From the NCBI RefSeq assembly GCF_009914755.1, contig NC_060943.1: 64,000 nt of DNA; one strand, 5' to 3'. Shown here piece after piece: positions 1 through 17,420 of this stretch (within the stretch, counting starts at the first letter, position 1; the number at the start of each line of letters is the position of its first letter). The DNA is from the human T2T-CHM13v2.0 reference genome, Homo sapiens. The notes beneath the pieces were generated by a model, which searched no databases, was not told the DNA's origin, and saw only the letters and a program-made list of their open reading frames with translations. Both the position numbers and the translations under genes were made by a program.

Positions 1-380
1 CCTGAGTAGCTGGGACTACAGGTGTGTGGTACCATGCCCGGCTAATTTTTGTATTTTTAGTAGAGACGGGGTTTCACCATGTTGTCCAGGCTGGTCTCGA
101 ACTCCTGGCCTCAAGCGATCGGCCCACCTCAGCCTCCTAAAGTGCTGAGATTACAGGCATGTGCCACTACGCCTAGCCTATGCTCTGCTAAGAGGACTAC
201 AGACACGTGGACAGTGCTGGAGAGGAGAGGGCCACCGAGGGACTTGGGCACCATTACTCATCTCCTGGAATGGACCAACTGTGAGAAGGATACAGGGAAG
301 TTCCAGGATAAAGAACACAGTGTCCATATAATCTGGCGGGAAGACAGATCATTCTAAGGATAGAAGGAATTTCAACATAC

Positions 381-454
381 CTGGGCCATGGCTTTTAGAA
401 CTATTTGACCTGCTCTGATTTCTCTGGATTCTTCTCTTGGACAAGTGCAGAGTC
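381..454 (-). CDS. ZNF565: ZNF565 coding exon (…GLCTCPREESREIRAGQIVLKAMAQ), containing the short-isoform start ATG (387-389); KRAB and finger exons lie left of the window
   Basis: Minus strand reads TTTTGCTTTTTCAG|GACTC…AAAGCCATGGCCCAG|GTATGT: canonical acceptor and donor, 74 nt, ending MAQ in phase 0 as KRAB-ZNF pre-KRAB exons do; peptide matches my recollection of the ZNF565 N-terminus. Confidence 0.88.
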
Positions 455-616
455 CTGAAAAAGCAAAATGGGGGGAGATGGGGTAACCTCTGATAAACTG
501 AGCTTGCCTCAGCACTCCCAAATAGATGAGCTTAAAAGAATTGTACTTCCAATGTCTCGGATCTGCTTCTCCCACCTCTCCATGTCCTACCACACAAGAA
601 CTAACATTAAGAACTA

Positions 617-826
<210 letters not shown>

Positions 827-1445
827 TTAAGAAAACCCAGTCCCTTCCTAAAAAGTAAGGAACCCAAAAGCAGAAAGATGGTTTCAAGGCAGATGTGCTC
901 CAGCACTGACACAGAACCCAGGCACCACCAAGGGAGGGATTACAGCTGACACAGTCCCCCATCTTAGTGATGCTAAACTTGGCCCTAGATGGGGCCTAGA
1001 AGGCTCCCACCTGCTCCAAATTACAGCAAGGATCTTACGACTCAGACTCACTCACTTGACCCCTAAGGATGAGGACAGCACCATCAGGCTAGGAACACAG
1101 ACCATCTATGCAGGCCAAATCTTGAGTAAAAGACATCCCTAAACGAAGTCTTCTAGCTTCTCTGGGCTCAACAGGCAAAACCTCCTGGGCATCTCACTGG
1201 CTCCACTTCCTCCTTCCAAGTCCAAAATGGGACTACACCATGCATACCATAGGCTCTGTCAATGTCTCCAGCCCCAGCTATACTCACCAGACAGGAGCAA
1301 GAAAGCCTCAGTAATACAGGCATCTTGCTTGCATACCCGCACATCCAGAGTACTGCCCTCCATGGGAACTCAATTTCTAGAAGTCTCTTGGCCCAGCACT
1401 CTTTATTTCTCATCTGAGCCCTCCCTACTGCTTTCATTCTTTTTT

Positions 1446-1862
<417 letters not shown>

Positions 1863-1959
1863 TACTGCTTTTCTGCAGAACATCACTTCCCCATTGACTG
1901 TGAGGCTGGCAGTTGCTGAGTCCGAAGTCCTGTGAATGGTATACATCTCAAGGGAATGA

Positions 1960-2263
<304 letters not shown>

Positions 2264-2308
2264 TGAGCTACTGTGCCTGGCCTAACAAGGGTATTAAATC
2301 TGATCTAA

Positions 2309-2485
<177 letters not shown>

Positions 2486-2886
2486 TAGGACCATAGGCAT
2501 GCACCACCACGCCTGGCTAATTTTTGCATTTTTGGTACAGATTGGGTTTTGCCATGTTGGCCAGGCTGGTCTTGAACTCCTGAGCTCAACTGATCTGCCC
2601 ACCTCGGCCTCCGAAAGTGCTGGGATTACAGGTGTGAGCCACCGAGCCCAGCTAAGGAAGACTAACTTAATGAATGGGAATGGTGTCAAGAAAACTTTTC
2701 TGTAAAATGTAGAATAGGAATTGGGTTCTGAAACCTCAGGGAAGTTTAATAGGCAGAAAAGGGACAGAGAATATTGTGAGCAGAGTGAAATGCAGTGGCA
2801 AAAACACTGGACTGAAAGCAAATGGTGTATTTGGGAGACTAAGAATGATTTGGAATGAGTTGTGTAGTTTGAAGAAAGGTCTAGAC

Positions 2887-3050
2887 CAGTGCTGTCCAAA
2901 TAATGTTCTGTGATGATGGAAATCTTCAAATCTGTGCTATAAATATTGTAGTCATAGATGGCTATTGAGCATATGAAATGTGGCTAGTATGTCTGAGAAA
3001 CTAAAGTTTTTATTTTATTTTAATTAATTTAATTTAAATTTAATTAGCTC
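2887..3050. mobile_element. MER3/MER33-type hAT-Charlie DNA transposon fragment
   Basis: CAGTGCTGTCCAA…TGATGATGGAAAT…TGGCTATTGAGCA…TGAAATGTGGCTAGT…TTTTATTTTAATTAATTTA. Confidence 0.65.
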
Positions 3051-3174
3051 TAGAATCTAGAGGCAGATAATGCTGGAGATGACATCAGGGGTTAGAAAAT
3101 GAAGGTGTATAGGCCAGGTGTGGTGGCTCACGCCTGTCATCCCACCACTTTGGGAGGCCGAGGTGGGCTGATCA

Positions 3175-3468
<294 letters not shown>

Positions 3469-4092
3469 CTAACCATCACTCTTGCCACAGTGTCTGGAGG
3501 ACATAGGTGACCAATAAATACAGGCTGATGCATAAAAGTTAGGTTCTTTGGGAAGCTGAGGTGTGTCGTTCGCTTAAGCTCAGGAATTTGAAACCACCCT
3601 GGGTAACATAGTGAGCCCTCATCTCTATTTTTTAAAAAAGGTAGGTTTTCAGCCGGGCACGGTGCCCACGCCTGTAATCCCAGCACTTTGGGAGGCCGAG
3701 GCAGGCGGATTACCTGAAATCAGGAGTTTGAGACCAGCCTGGCCAACATGGTGAAACTGCATCTCTACTAAAAATACAAAAATTAGCTGGCATGGTGGGG
3801 GGCGCTTATAATCCCAGCTACTCAGGAGGTTGAGGCAGGGAGAATTGCTTGAACTCAGGAGGCAGAGGTTGCGGTGAGCCGAGATGGCACCATTGCACTC
3901 CAGCCTGGGGAACAGAGTGAGACTCTCTCTCCAAAACAAAAAAGAAAGAAAAAGTAGGTTTTCACTTATTAATGAAATGGAAGGAAACCTAAGAATTTAA
4001 AGACAGAAGTGACAGGACCAATATGGCCAGGTTATTTTGGAGAGGTGTAACCTTGGAGTCAGAAAGATTGACTGAGAGGTACTTGTACTTTT

Positions 4093-4120
4093 CAGATGTA
4101 GGGGTGGGTTGCCCCTACAC
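4093..4120 (-). mobile_element. 28-bp orphan HERV-K(HML-2) U5-end/PBS-junction stub
   Basis: 4097-4120 TGTAGGGGTGGGTTGCCCCTACAC is identical to 45536-45559; embedded in L2-like sequence. Confidence 0.7.
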
Positions 4121-4936
4121 TTTTTCAGGCACGAAGAGGGCCTGACCCAGGACATTGGCAGCAGAAAAGAGGAGGAGAGAGATGAATTCAAAATGTAGAT
4201 GAGATTAAATCAACAGGCTCTGGCATCTGACACATATGGAGGCAGAGAAAAGGAAGTCAGAATTCTTTCATATTTACTGGGCTCCTGTGTCAACTGGCAC
4301 TGTTCTAGGAACGAGGAAAGAAAATAATTCAAGTCCCTGTCCCAGTTGATCTCACATTCTGTTTTTTTTTTTTTCTTTTTTTTGAGACAAAATCTTGCTC
4401 TGTCACCGAGGCTGGAGTGCACTGACGAGCTCTCGGCTCACTGCAACTTCCACCTCCTGGGTTCAAGCAATTATTTTGCCTCAGCCTCCCAAGTAGCTGG
4501 AATTACAAGCGTGCACCATCATGCTCTGCTAATGTTTGTAACTTTTGTAGAGACGGGGACTCGTCATGTTGGCCAGGCTGGTCTTCAACTCCTGCCTCAA
4601 GTGATATCCCCACTTCAGCCTCCCAAAGTGCTGGGATTACAGGTGTGGGCCATTGTGTCTGGCTGGACCTCACATCCTATGGGAAGAGACAACCAACAAA
4701 CACTGACATACGGAGATAGATGGGATTGAGGGCTGGGCACAGTAGCTCACTCCTGTCATCTCAGCACTTTGAGGGACCAAGGCAGGAGGATAACTTGAGG
4801 TCAGCAGCTCAAGACCAGCCTGGGCAGCAAAGTAAGACCCCCATCTCTACAAAAAATTTGAAGAAAAAAAAAAGAAAAAAGATGAGATGTGAGTATTTAG
4901 GGTGGTATGGCCATAGACATGATATTGATATTCCTA

Positions 4937-5086
<150 letters not shown>

Positions 5087-7261
5087 TTAGCTGGGTGTGG
5101 TGGCGCATGCCTGTAATCCCAGCTACTCAGGAGGCTGAGGTGAGAGAATCACTTGAACCCAGGAGGAAGAGGTTGTAGTGAGTTGATATTGTGCCACTGC
5201 ACTCCAGCCTGGGCAACAAAGACTCTGTCACAAACAACAACAATAACAACATATGTATATATAGATGTCAGGTGGCAAATGTCCTACAGATAAAAACAAA
5301 GAAGATTAAGGGGAGAGGGAGTTTTGGAGGAAGAGAGGGTGGTCTGAGAAGGTGACAGGTAAGCACAGCCTGAATGGATGAGTGAGAAATGCAGGTATCT
5401 GGGGAAGTGCACGCCTTGCACCAGGAGCGGCAATTGCAAGGGTCTGAAGGCAGGAGCAGGCTTTCCTCGATCAACAAGAGGAAGGAGACAAGGGCAGCTG
5501 GGATGGAACATGCGAGACGAAGAGGGTCAGAGAGAGAGCTAGAAGCCAGATCACAAGGAGCTTGTAAGCCACTGTAAGAACTTTGGATTTTATTCTTAAG
5601 GAAAACAGGAAGGTACGAAACTTTTAAAGCCAAGGAATGGCATAATCTGATTTATATTTAAAAGGGGCGGGGCACAGTGGCTCACGCCTGTAATCCTGGC
5701 ACTTTGGAAGATCAAGGTGGGCGGATCACCTGAGGCCAGGAGTTAGAGACCAGCCTGGTCAACAGAAGCCCTGTTTCTACTAAAAATACAAAAGTTAGCT
5801 GCGTATGGTGGTGAGCACCTGTAATCCTATTTACTCGGGAGGCTGAGGCATGAGAATTGTTTGAAGCCAGGAGGCGGAGGTTGCGGTGAGCCAAGATTGT
5901 GCCACTGACACCAGCCTGGGTGACAGAGTGAGACTCCATCTCAAACAAAAAAAAAAAATACATAACAAACAAACAACAAAACAAACAAACAACAACAAAA
6001 AGAAAAGAAAAGAAAAGAAATGGGTCTTAGCCAGTGTGGAAGACATTACTATGTTTCACCATTATCCAGTTTGGGGCACACAGAAAATGACATTTTCCAG
6101 CCCCTTGCACTTAGGTAGGGCCATGCACTGCTCTAGCCAATGAAATCTCAGCTGAGGTGATGACTGTCACTTCAGTTAGAGACAGACACCAGAAAGACTG
6201 CACAATTCTCCAATTTTTCTCTTCATGCATGTGGTGACCATCTGTTTTTCAAATGATGCAGCTAAAGGTGGCGGGCCTTCTTTGGTGTGGAACCCTGTCT
6301 CTGCTGATCCACACTGGACATGTACATGAGCAGAAATAAAATGTGACTCTGTAAGCCACTGAGATTCAGGGGTTGTTTGCCACCACAGCATAACTTAGCC
6401 TGTCCTAACCAGTACACAAATTAGGCCATACTTTGACTAGATAAAAATTCAGACTCAGACGCTTGGTCAATATGAGAAAGAGCAATTTTTAAAAAGAGGA
6501 AGCTTCAGAAATAAGAGCAGAGCTGTCCGATTCCAGCTCTATATGTCTCAAAGGGATTTTTCACAAACCCATAATGTGAAACAAAATGTGAATTATGAGT
6601 TACAGGACAATTTTTTTTTTTTTTTTGGCAGGGCAGGGACAGGATCTCACTCTCACCCAGGCTGGAGGGCAGTGGCGCAATCACAGCTTCAGCCTCCTGG
6701 GCTAAGGTGATTCTCCCACTTCAGCCTCCCAAGTAGCTGAGACCACAGGCATGCCACTACACCTGGCTAATTTTAAAATTTTTTGTAAAGACAGGGTCTC
6801 AATATGTTGCCCAGTCTGGTCTTGAACTCCTGGCCTTAAATGATCCTCCCACTTCAGCCTCCTAAAATGCTGGGATTGCAGGTGTGAGCCACTGTGCCCA
6901 GCCAACAAGTTGATTCTGACCCAGCAAAACCATGCTGTTTTAGAGCTCCAACATCAAAACTTTGTACAAATCCTTCTGGAAAGTTGAGCTATCTCTACAC
7001 CACCTAGTAAAACTTGAAGCTACGTGCCTAAATGTTCCCCATCTCTGCAATTCACAGACATTCTTTAGGGCCTGGGATCCCACATCACAAGGGCCTAGGC
7101 TCAGGGGCTGAGATAAGTTGGCCAAGTTATGGGAGCTAGACAGGTACAGGAATCTCCATCTTAACCTTAGTAATCTCTTCCTGAAAAAGCAATCACTCTG
7201 AGTAAAAACTCTAACAAAAGCCTTTTTCCCAATGTTTTTATTATTTATTTTTTTGAGGTAG

Positions 7262-7417
<156 letters not shown>

Positions 7418-7718
7418 TAGAGATGGGGTTTCGTCATATTGCCCAGGCTGGTCTCAAACTCCTGGGCTCAAACAATTTTCCCACCTCGACCTCCCAAAGT
7501 GCTGGGATTACAGGCGTAATCATTTACGCCTGTAATTTACCCTAAAATGGTAAATTCTTTGTTATGTTTATTTAACCATAAAACCAAGAAAGTAACATTA
7601 TTGGTTACTGAAATAGGTAAGTGGGAACTGGGTAGAAAGAACAAAGAACCGGGGCTGGGCGCAGTGGCTCACACCTACAATCCCAGCACTTTGGGAGGCC
7701 GAGGCGGTTGGCAACTTA

Positions 7719-8117
<399 letters not shown>

Positions 8118-8368
8118 TTACACATAAATATTATGAATACAAAGGGTTTAGGGAAGAAAGTAGTTTTAGAAAACTGTATTTTCACTATATACTGTAAGAC
8201 TAAAGACAAAAAGAACTGTATGGTACATGGAAGTCAGCAATTCTTAAATTACTTTTTACACAGGACTGAGCAAATATATTTATATATATTAATACATATA
8301 ATGGTTAATAAATAAATTATATTATGGTTAATGTGAGCCACATTTTTCAATGTCAAAGAAAGGAGTTA

Positions 8369-8868
<500 letters not shown>

Positions 8869-9002
8869 CTAGAATGAACCCTGTAGTGTTGCACTGAAAT
8901 TGGAGATACTATATGAACTCATGAATTATTTGTATATACATACATATAAACACATTTCATAGCTGAGAGGACCTAGAAGCAATGACATCTCAGAAGCAAT
9001 GA

Positions 9003-9330
<328 letters not shown>

Positions 9331-9561
9331 TAAAGAGGCCACATTGAAAGGACACAGGAATCGACTTGAAGGGGCTCCCAGTGGCCAAATGTGTGATAAT
9401 TTGAGCAAAAAAAAAAAATGATAGCAATGAATATATAACCTATAGAATAAAAGAGATTATAACCTATAGAAGAAATTCCAGTCTATACTTATAGAAATAA
9501 TTTAGTAAATAAAAAAATGGGAAAGAAGAAAAATATCTTTCTAACAGTAAGATTCTAATTA

Positions 9562-9897
<336 letters not shown>

Positions 9898-10012
9898 CTA
9901 ATTAATAAACATAGAAGTGGCCGGGCGCGGTGGCTCACGCCTGTAATCCCAGTACTTTGGGAGGCCAAGGTGGGTGGATCACGAGGTTAGGAGATCGAGA
10001 CCATCCTGGCTA

Positions 10013-10361
<349 letters not shown>

Positions 10362-11782
10362 TCACATAGGCTTAAAGTATTTCTTCACAAGACATGTATC
10401 AATTATAATGGGAAAAACAGTGACTTTGCAGCAGAGAAATCTGGCAATCACCGTCTTAACCAAGCGGTTAAAATTAATACCACTCATAGTGTAACGAATT
10501 GACCTCGTGGGTCCCTGGCATGATGCGCCGAGAAGGGTACATCGCTTTCGGAGTATTCTTGCCCCAAAGGCAGAATCTGAATTTAATCAACAGGAAATAT
10601 CAGACAATTCCAAAGAGAGGAACATTCTACACTGCAGACTCTACAAAACAAATGGCCAACATGGTGAAACCCTGTCTCTACTAAAAATACAAAAAATTGG
10701 CTAGGCGTGTCAAAGGAGTTACAAAAAGGAAAATGGAGACCAGACATGGTGGTTCACATCTCTAACCCAGCACTTTGGGATGCTGAGGGAGGAGGATCAC
10801 TTGAGGCCAGGAGTTCGAGACCAGTCTGGCCAACATGGTGAAACCCCCCTCCCCCCGTCTCTACTAAAATTACAAAAAATCAGCTGGGCACGATGGCATT
10901 TGTCTGTAATCTCAGCTTCTCAGGAGGCTGACGCAGGAGAATCGCTTGAGCCTGCGAGGTGGAGGTTGCAGTGAGCTGAGATCACAGCACTGCACTCCAG
11001 CATGGGTGACAGAGCAGGACTCCGTCTCAAAAAAAAAAAAAGAGCAAATGGGAATTCTATTGTTGCTACATTTTAAAGTCTTAAATTCAAAATGAAAAGT
11101 AAAGAAAAAAATTTAAAAGAACATTAGGTATGCAGGGAGCAGGGAGGATATAGGCCTTTCAGTCCATCTCCAAGGCACGCAGTAAATTACTCCTATGGCA
11201 AATACTGGAGACCAGGTTACTTTGGTAGGGGTGAGGGTGGTGGTGGGGTGGTTCTGAAGTTTCAGAAGAAGGAAAGAAAAGCATGTCCTGAAAAACAAGA
11301 AGGATTTCAGAGAAATAAGAATAAAACCTGATGTACTTGAACTTGGCACCTTTCTTGGAGAAGGGTTAAGAGCAAGGAATCATGAACAACCAGGTCATTT
11401 TTGAACCACCATCCTCCTTACCTACCATATAGGGAAGTGTGGTCACAGAACACCAGGCATCTGCCTAAATCCAGTGTCACTCAGAAGGCTGAGGTCACTC
11501 CTGTCCAGGGCCAGAATCTGTCCTAACTTCAAAGGTTCTGCATGGGTCAAGCACTAGAGTCACTGGCACACTTGGTGCTGCACATACAGTCAGTGTCACA
11601 CAAACATAACCACACATCCACTCTTTTATTTTTTTGAGACAGGGTCTCGCTCTGTCACCTAGACTGGAATGCAGTGGTTCAAACACGGCTCACTGCAGCC
11701 TTGACCTCTCAAGCTCGAGATCCTCCCACCTCAGCTTCCCGGGTAGCTGGGACCACAGGTGTGGGCCACCACACTCAGATAA

Positions 11783-11956
<174 letters not shown>

Positions 11957-12219
11957 TAATTTTTGTATTTTTAGTAGAGACAGGGTTTTATCGTGTTGGC
12001 CAGGCTGGTCTAGAACTCCTGACCTCAGGTGATCCACCCGCCTCGGCCTCCCAAAGTGCTGGGATTACAGGTGTGAGCCACCGTGCCAGCCATTAATTTT
12101 TTTTTTTTTTTTTTGTACAGGCCAGGCTGGTCTCGAACTCCTGGGCTCAAGTGATCCTCCCACCTCGGCCTCCCAAAGGGCTGATGTGAGCCACCACACC
12201 CGGCCCTACATCCACTCCT

Positions 12220-12935
12220 GAGACACAGGACACAATCACAGACACCTCTATACCTTTCCAGTCACAATATCTTTCCAGTCACAATCACACACCCGCTAAG
12301 ACACACCCAGTCACACAATCTACTCTCCACTGTGATACAGTTACTCCCGTATAGTCACAAGCCCCACACACCAACACCCACAAATGCCTCATATAGTCAC
12401 AGTCACACACCCACTCAGGGGACACACGCCATCACTGGTACTTTACGGCACCCAGTCACAACTGAACTTTCACTGTGGACATACACACAGTCACACTCAC
12501 ACAAGCAACCCACACAAGCAGTGGCACCCCACTCCCGCATACACAGCACCACACACATACACACAAACACACACACCAAGGGATACAGGAATACACAAGC
12601 GGCGTCACCACACAGTCACAGGCACAGGCAATTGCACACGGCCACAGTGTCACACAACCAAAACCACGCACACACCTTGGAGACATGAATCACAACCGCA
12701 CACCCGCAGTGGTCACACAGTCACAACTGTACTCACACCCCAGGAACAGGGCGAACAGGCCACATATACAACGGGGACACACGCAGTATCACCCCCGGTC
12801 ACAAGGACCCTGCACCCCGATACTCTCTATCACACATGGTTACACAAAAACCACCAGACACCCTGGAGACAGGCGGTTACACGTGCACAGTTGCAGACAC
12901 CCACACCCAGCCACACAGCCACAAAGACACATTCA
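12220..12935. repeat. CA-rich low-complexity tract (CACAGTCAC/CACAC motifs) flanking the promoter
   Basis: Direct reading; produces spurious His/Thr-rich ORFs. Confidence 0.8.
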
Positions 12936-13028
12936 GAACGGCGCATCCGCAGCCAGCTCCCGCCTGCGCGCACAGATTCGAGGCTCCGGACACGCCCCGG
13001 CCCCGCCCAGGACTCCCAGACCCCTCAC

Positions 13029-13400
13029 CTTCTGCCTCCCCTGGTCGCGTCCGGGTCCTTGCGGAGCTAACTAGCTCGCCACGACGTCAAGAACGACGTA
13101 ACGTCAGGCCGCTGTGGGCTCTGGGAATTGTAGTCCAGAGCTAGATCGGCCACGGACAGAATGGCGTTCTCTTATCTCTGAGTCGGGGCCTGGCTCGTTT
13201 TGACATTTTTGCGCCCACGAGTCTTCGGAGAGGGCGTCGCCACTCCAGACCTTCCAGCAAGCTTGAAGTCATCTGACGCTAAAGGACTACTTACCTCAAG
13301 AGCTCCATCGTCACAGAAGGAGGCGGCCAAGTTCGCGGGGGGAGGGGAGGAGACAGAGAGTCGACCAGTAAAGCCTCAAGGGAAATGTAGTCCAAGGCCT
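13029..13400 (-). other. ZNF565: ZNF565 proximal non-coding first exon(s); candidate donors at 13029 (AAG|GTGAGG) and 13295 (GAG|GTAAGT)
   Basis: Two strong minus-strand donors in the CpG island, followed by a GT-rich intron start (CA-rich on +); TSS not determinable from sequence. Confidence 0.6.
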
Positions 13401-13562
13401 GAGAAGCGACGTTGCTGGTAATAGAAGGTAATTCAGTACCAGCCTGGGCCTGGCCGCGGTGACCGAGGCGGGCCGCGTCGCGGAGACTTCTGGGAGTGCT
13501 TCCTCGCTCTCCGAGTGCGCAAGCGCAGCGCACCGAGTGGACATTTTGGTCTTTGTCCGCGG
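13400..13562 (+). other. ZNF146: ZNF146 non-coding first exon region; candidate donors at 13428 (AAG|GTAATT) and 13563 (CGG|GTCAGT)
   Basis: Plus-strand donors in the CpG island upstream of the ZNF146 exons; boundaries approximate. Confidence 0.5.
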
Positions 13563-14886
13563 GTCAGTACGGCCCCTGGGTCCACGTGGCGCGAAAGTAG
13601 GAGGTGGGATCTGGGCGTCTCGGGTCGGTCGGACCGGGGAGGTTAAAGGGGAGGATTCCTGATCTTTAGGGGCGCGGCGCGAGGGCAGGGAGTGGGTGTA
13701 AGAGCTTCTGGCCTACGTGCGGGGCGGAGATGGGGGCCTCTGAGGCGGGTTTGAGCGAGTGTGACCGAGTTTGTCCTCAAAGTTTGACCTGATGTTTGGG
13801 ATTGTTGAGTGAATGTGAAACTGGGTGCGGGATTGTGTGTGATTGTGCCTAAGAGGGAGATGTAGGAGACCAGCATTGAGGTATAACGTTTGAGCTGCAC
13901 TTCCCTTGTCGAAAGTGCTGATAATTATAACGGTGCCATCTTCCTGGAGCGTCTTTTTTACTTGAAAATTGAAGGGGTGGAAAAGCTAAGTGGTGAATAA
14001 TTTTAAAACGAGTTTTTATATAAAAGCATTTCTTTTTAATTGGAGTGGCATGCAAATCACCGTGACTTTTTTTTTTAATTAAACGAGAGTGTTTCGAAGG
14101 AACTTTAGTTTCGGGGTGCCTACTTCAGACTATTCAAATCCCCATCTTTGGGGTACTTAAATAGGGCTGTTAAGCAAAGCCCTAGACTAAACAGCATTGT
14201 ACGCTTTGAGAAGCAATCCCATATAACGGCGCCCAGGATGAGGGAGTCAACGGTTTTAGGTTAGGCACAGTTATCCTCATTTTTTGAAGAAAGCTTAATT
14301 GTTGCAGTGTTTATCTATGAGTCTGGACTAAATCCTAGGTGTCTTAATTCCTTAATGAGTCGAGGCGTTCTCAGGTTGTATGGATTTTGTGAAGTAATGG
14401 AGAATGCTACTGACGTCTCCAAAGATGCGTTTTCTAAGGAAATCACCCCGCCCCCGCTGTCGTCATTGACATAGTTTTAAATTACAAAAAGTTAAATAAA
14501 GTAATTGGGTACCAAGTTAATATCTATAAATAAATAGCCTTCTAATTTACAAATATCAGTTAGAATACATAGTTGAAGAAAACTAATATTTACAATAGCA
14601 GTAAAAAGATAAAGTATTGTGGAAGAAACTTAAAGGTTCAGAACTATTAGGAAAGAACTTTAAAATACTACTAAGGGGCATAACAAATGTGAACAAATAA
14701 ATATACCATGTGACATTAAGAAGTGTGCGCAAACTTAAGTGAATGTATTAATTTACTGTGATCTTGGTCGGGTGCGGTGGCTCATGCCTGTAATCCTAGC
14801 ACTTTGGGAGGCCGAGATGGGTGGATTACCTGAGATCAGGAGTTCGAGAGGAGCCTGGCCAACATGGTGAAACCCTGTCTCTACTA

Positions 14887-15060
<174 letters not shown>

Positions 15061-15936
15061 TCAATAATAGTAATAATGTGATCCTAATAAAAGTATGGAC
15101 AGGCTTTTCTCTTTTGGAACTAGGGGAACTGATCCTAGACTTACTATGGAAAGAGACAAGCTGCAAGAGCCAGTACAGACTGAGAAAGAAAAGGCGTTGA
15201 GGTGTGGGGAGATGGGGACCCAACACATTTTAAATATAAAGCCTCAGGCCGGGCTTGGTGGCTCACACCTGTGAGCCAAGGCAGGAGGATGGCTAGAGTC
15301 CAGGAGTTAGAGACCAGCTTGGGCGACATAGTGAGATCTCCCGTAGTCCTAGCTGCTTGGGAGGCTGAGGTGGGAGGATCACTTGAGCCTAGGAGGTCAA
15401 GGCTGCAGTGAGCAGAGATCCTGGCGACAGCATTCCAGCTTGGTGGACAGCCAGTCCCTGTCTTTTTTTTTTTTTTTTTTTTTTTTTGAGATGGAGTCTC
15501 TCTCTCTTGCCCAGTCTAGAGTGCAGTGGCCCAATCTCTGCTCCCTGCAACCTCTGCCCCCCAGGTTCAAGCGATTCTCTTGGCTCAGCCTCCCGAGTAG
15601 CTGGGATTAGTTGCCTGCCACCACACCCGGCTACTTTTTTTGTATTTTTAGTAGAGACAGGGTTTTACCATGTTGGCCAGGCTGGTCTTGAACTCTTGAC
15701 CTCAAGTGATCGGCCCGCCTCGGCTTCCCAAAGTGCTAGGATTACAGGCATGAACCACGGTGCCTGGCCGACCCTGTCTTAAGAAAGAAAGAAAGGAGAG
15801 AGAGAGAAGAAAGAAAAGAAAAACAGTTCATGCCCATCAGTGGGAGATTGGTGTACATCGATACAACAAAATAATACATAGCTGTACAAAAGAATGAGGA
15901 GGAAGCTCTTTATATACTGAGACAGAAATAACTTCA

Positions 15937-16290
<354 letters not shown>

Positions 16291-16528
16291 TCAAAAAAAA
16301 AAAAAAAAATTCAAAAGATACATACGAAATAATAAAACTGGCTGTTGGGGTGGGGGTACTGGAATAGACAGGGCAAAGGCTTTGTATTTTTAGTAGAGAC
16401 GGGGTTTCACCATGGTGACCAGGCTGGTCTCGAACTCCTGACCTCATGTGATCTGCCTGCCTCAGCCTCCCAAAGTACTGGGATTACAGGCATGAGCTAA
16501 TTTTTTTTTTTTTTTTTTTAAATTAAAG

Positions 16529-16602
16529 GAAGACATAGGCCAAGGAGCCAGACTTCCTGTGTTAACTCCTTCCTCTGCCACTTTTTACCTTGGGGACCTC
16601 AG
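16529..16602 (+). other. ZNF146: Probable ZNF146 5'UTR exon exonised from a MIR
   Basis: T19 tract + AAATTAAAG|GAAG…CCTCAG|GTAGGT; exon body and downstream sequence to ~16760 are MIR-like. Confidence 0.6.
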
Positions 16603-16876
16603 GTAGGTACTTAAACCTTGGGCCTCAGTTGCTCATTTCATAGTATAGAAATAATAGCAATATTTGATTCAAAGGGTGGTTGTGTAGCTCCAGAAGTTAA
16701 TACATGTAAAGTTCTAAGAATAGTCCCCAGTGTGTAGTAAGTACTTGATTAATGTTAAATACTAGTACTTTTTATTACTAGCTGCAAAAAAAATGCTTCC
16801 TCAGAAAATATTATAGTCCTGTGTCTGGTAGGAATTTCTGAAAGAATAAGATATGTAGATGCACTTTTGTTATTAA

Positions 16877-16996
<120 letters not shown>

Positions 16997-17207
16997 TGAG
17001 TAGCTGGGACTACAGGTGCCAGCCACCACGCCTGGCTAATTTTGTTTTTGTATTTTTAGTAGAGATGGGGTTTCACCGCGTTAGCCAGGATGGTCTGGAT
17101 CTCCTGACCTTGTGATCCACCTGCCTCAGCCTCCCAAAGTCCTGGCATTACAGGCGTGAGCCACTGCGCCCGGCCTAATATTTCTATATTTTAATTTTTT
17201 TACTTAA

Positions 17208-17420
<213 letters not shown>

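Larger units (their letters stand above)
12930..13770. promoter_or_regulatory. CpG-island bidirectional promoter shared by ZNF565 (-) and ZNF146 (+)
   Basis: CpG-dense; GC boxes near 12995-13010; CRE-like GACGTCA/ACGTCA at 13083-13106; ZNF143/THAP11-type motifs CTGGGAATTGTAGTCC (13121-13136) and GGGAAATGTAGTCC (~13380-13393); donors on both strands. Confidence 0.85.

Noticed and set aside
1040-1290. Minus-strand GTGAGT donor-like sites near 1056 and 1287 as extra ZNF565 exons
   Set aside because: No convincing paired acceptor or frame support
12332-13144. His/Thr-rich ORFs up to 228 aa
   Set aside because: CA-rich low-complexity DNA lacks stop codons
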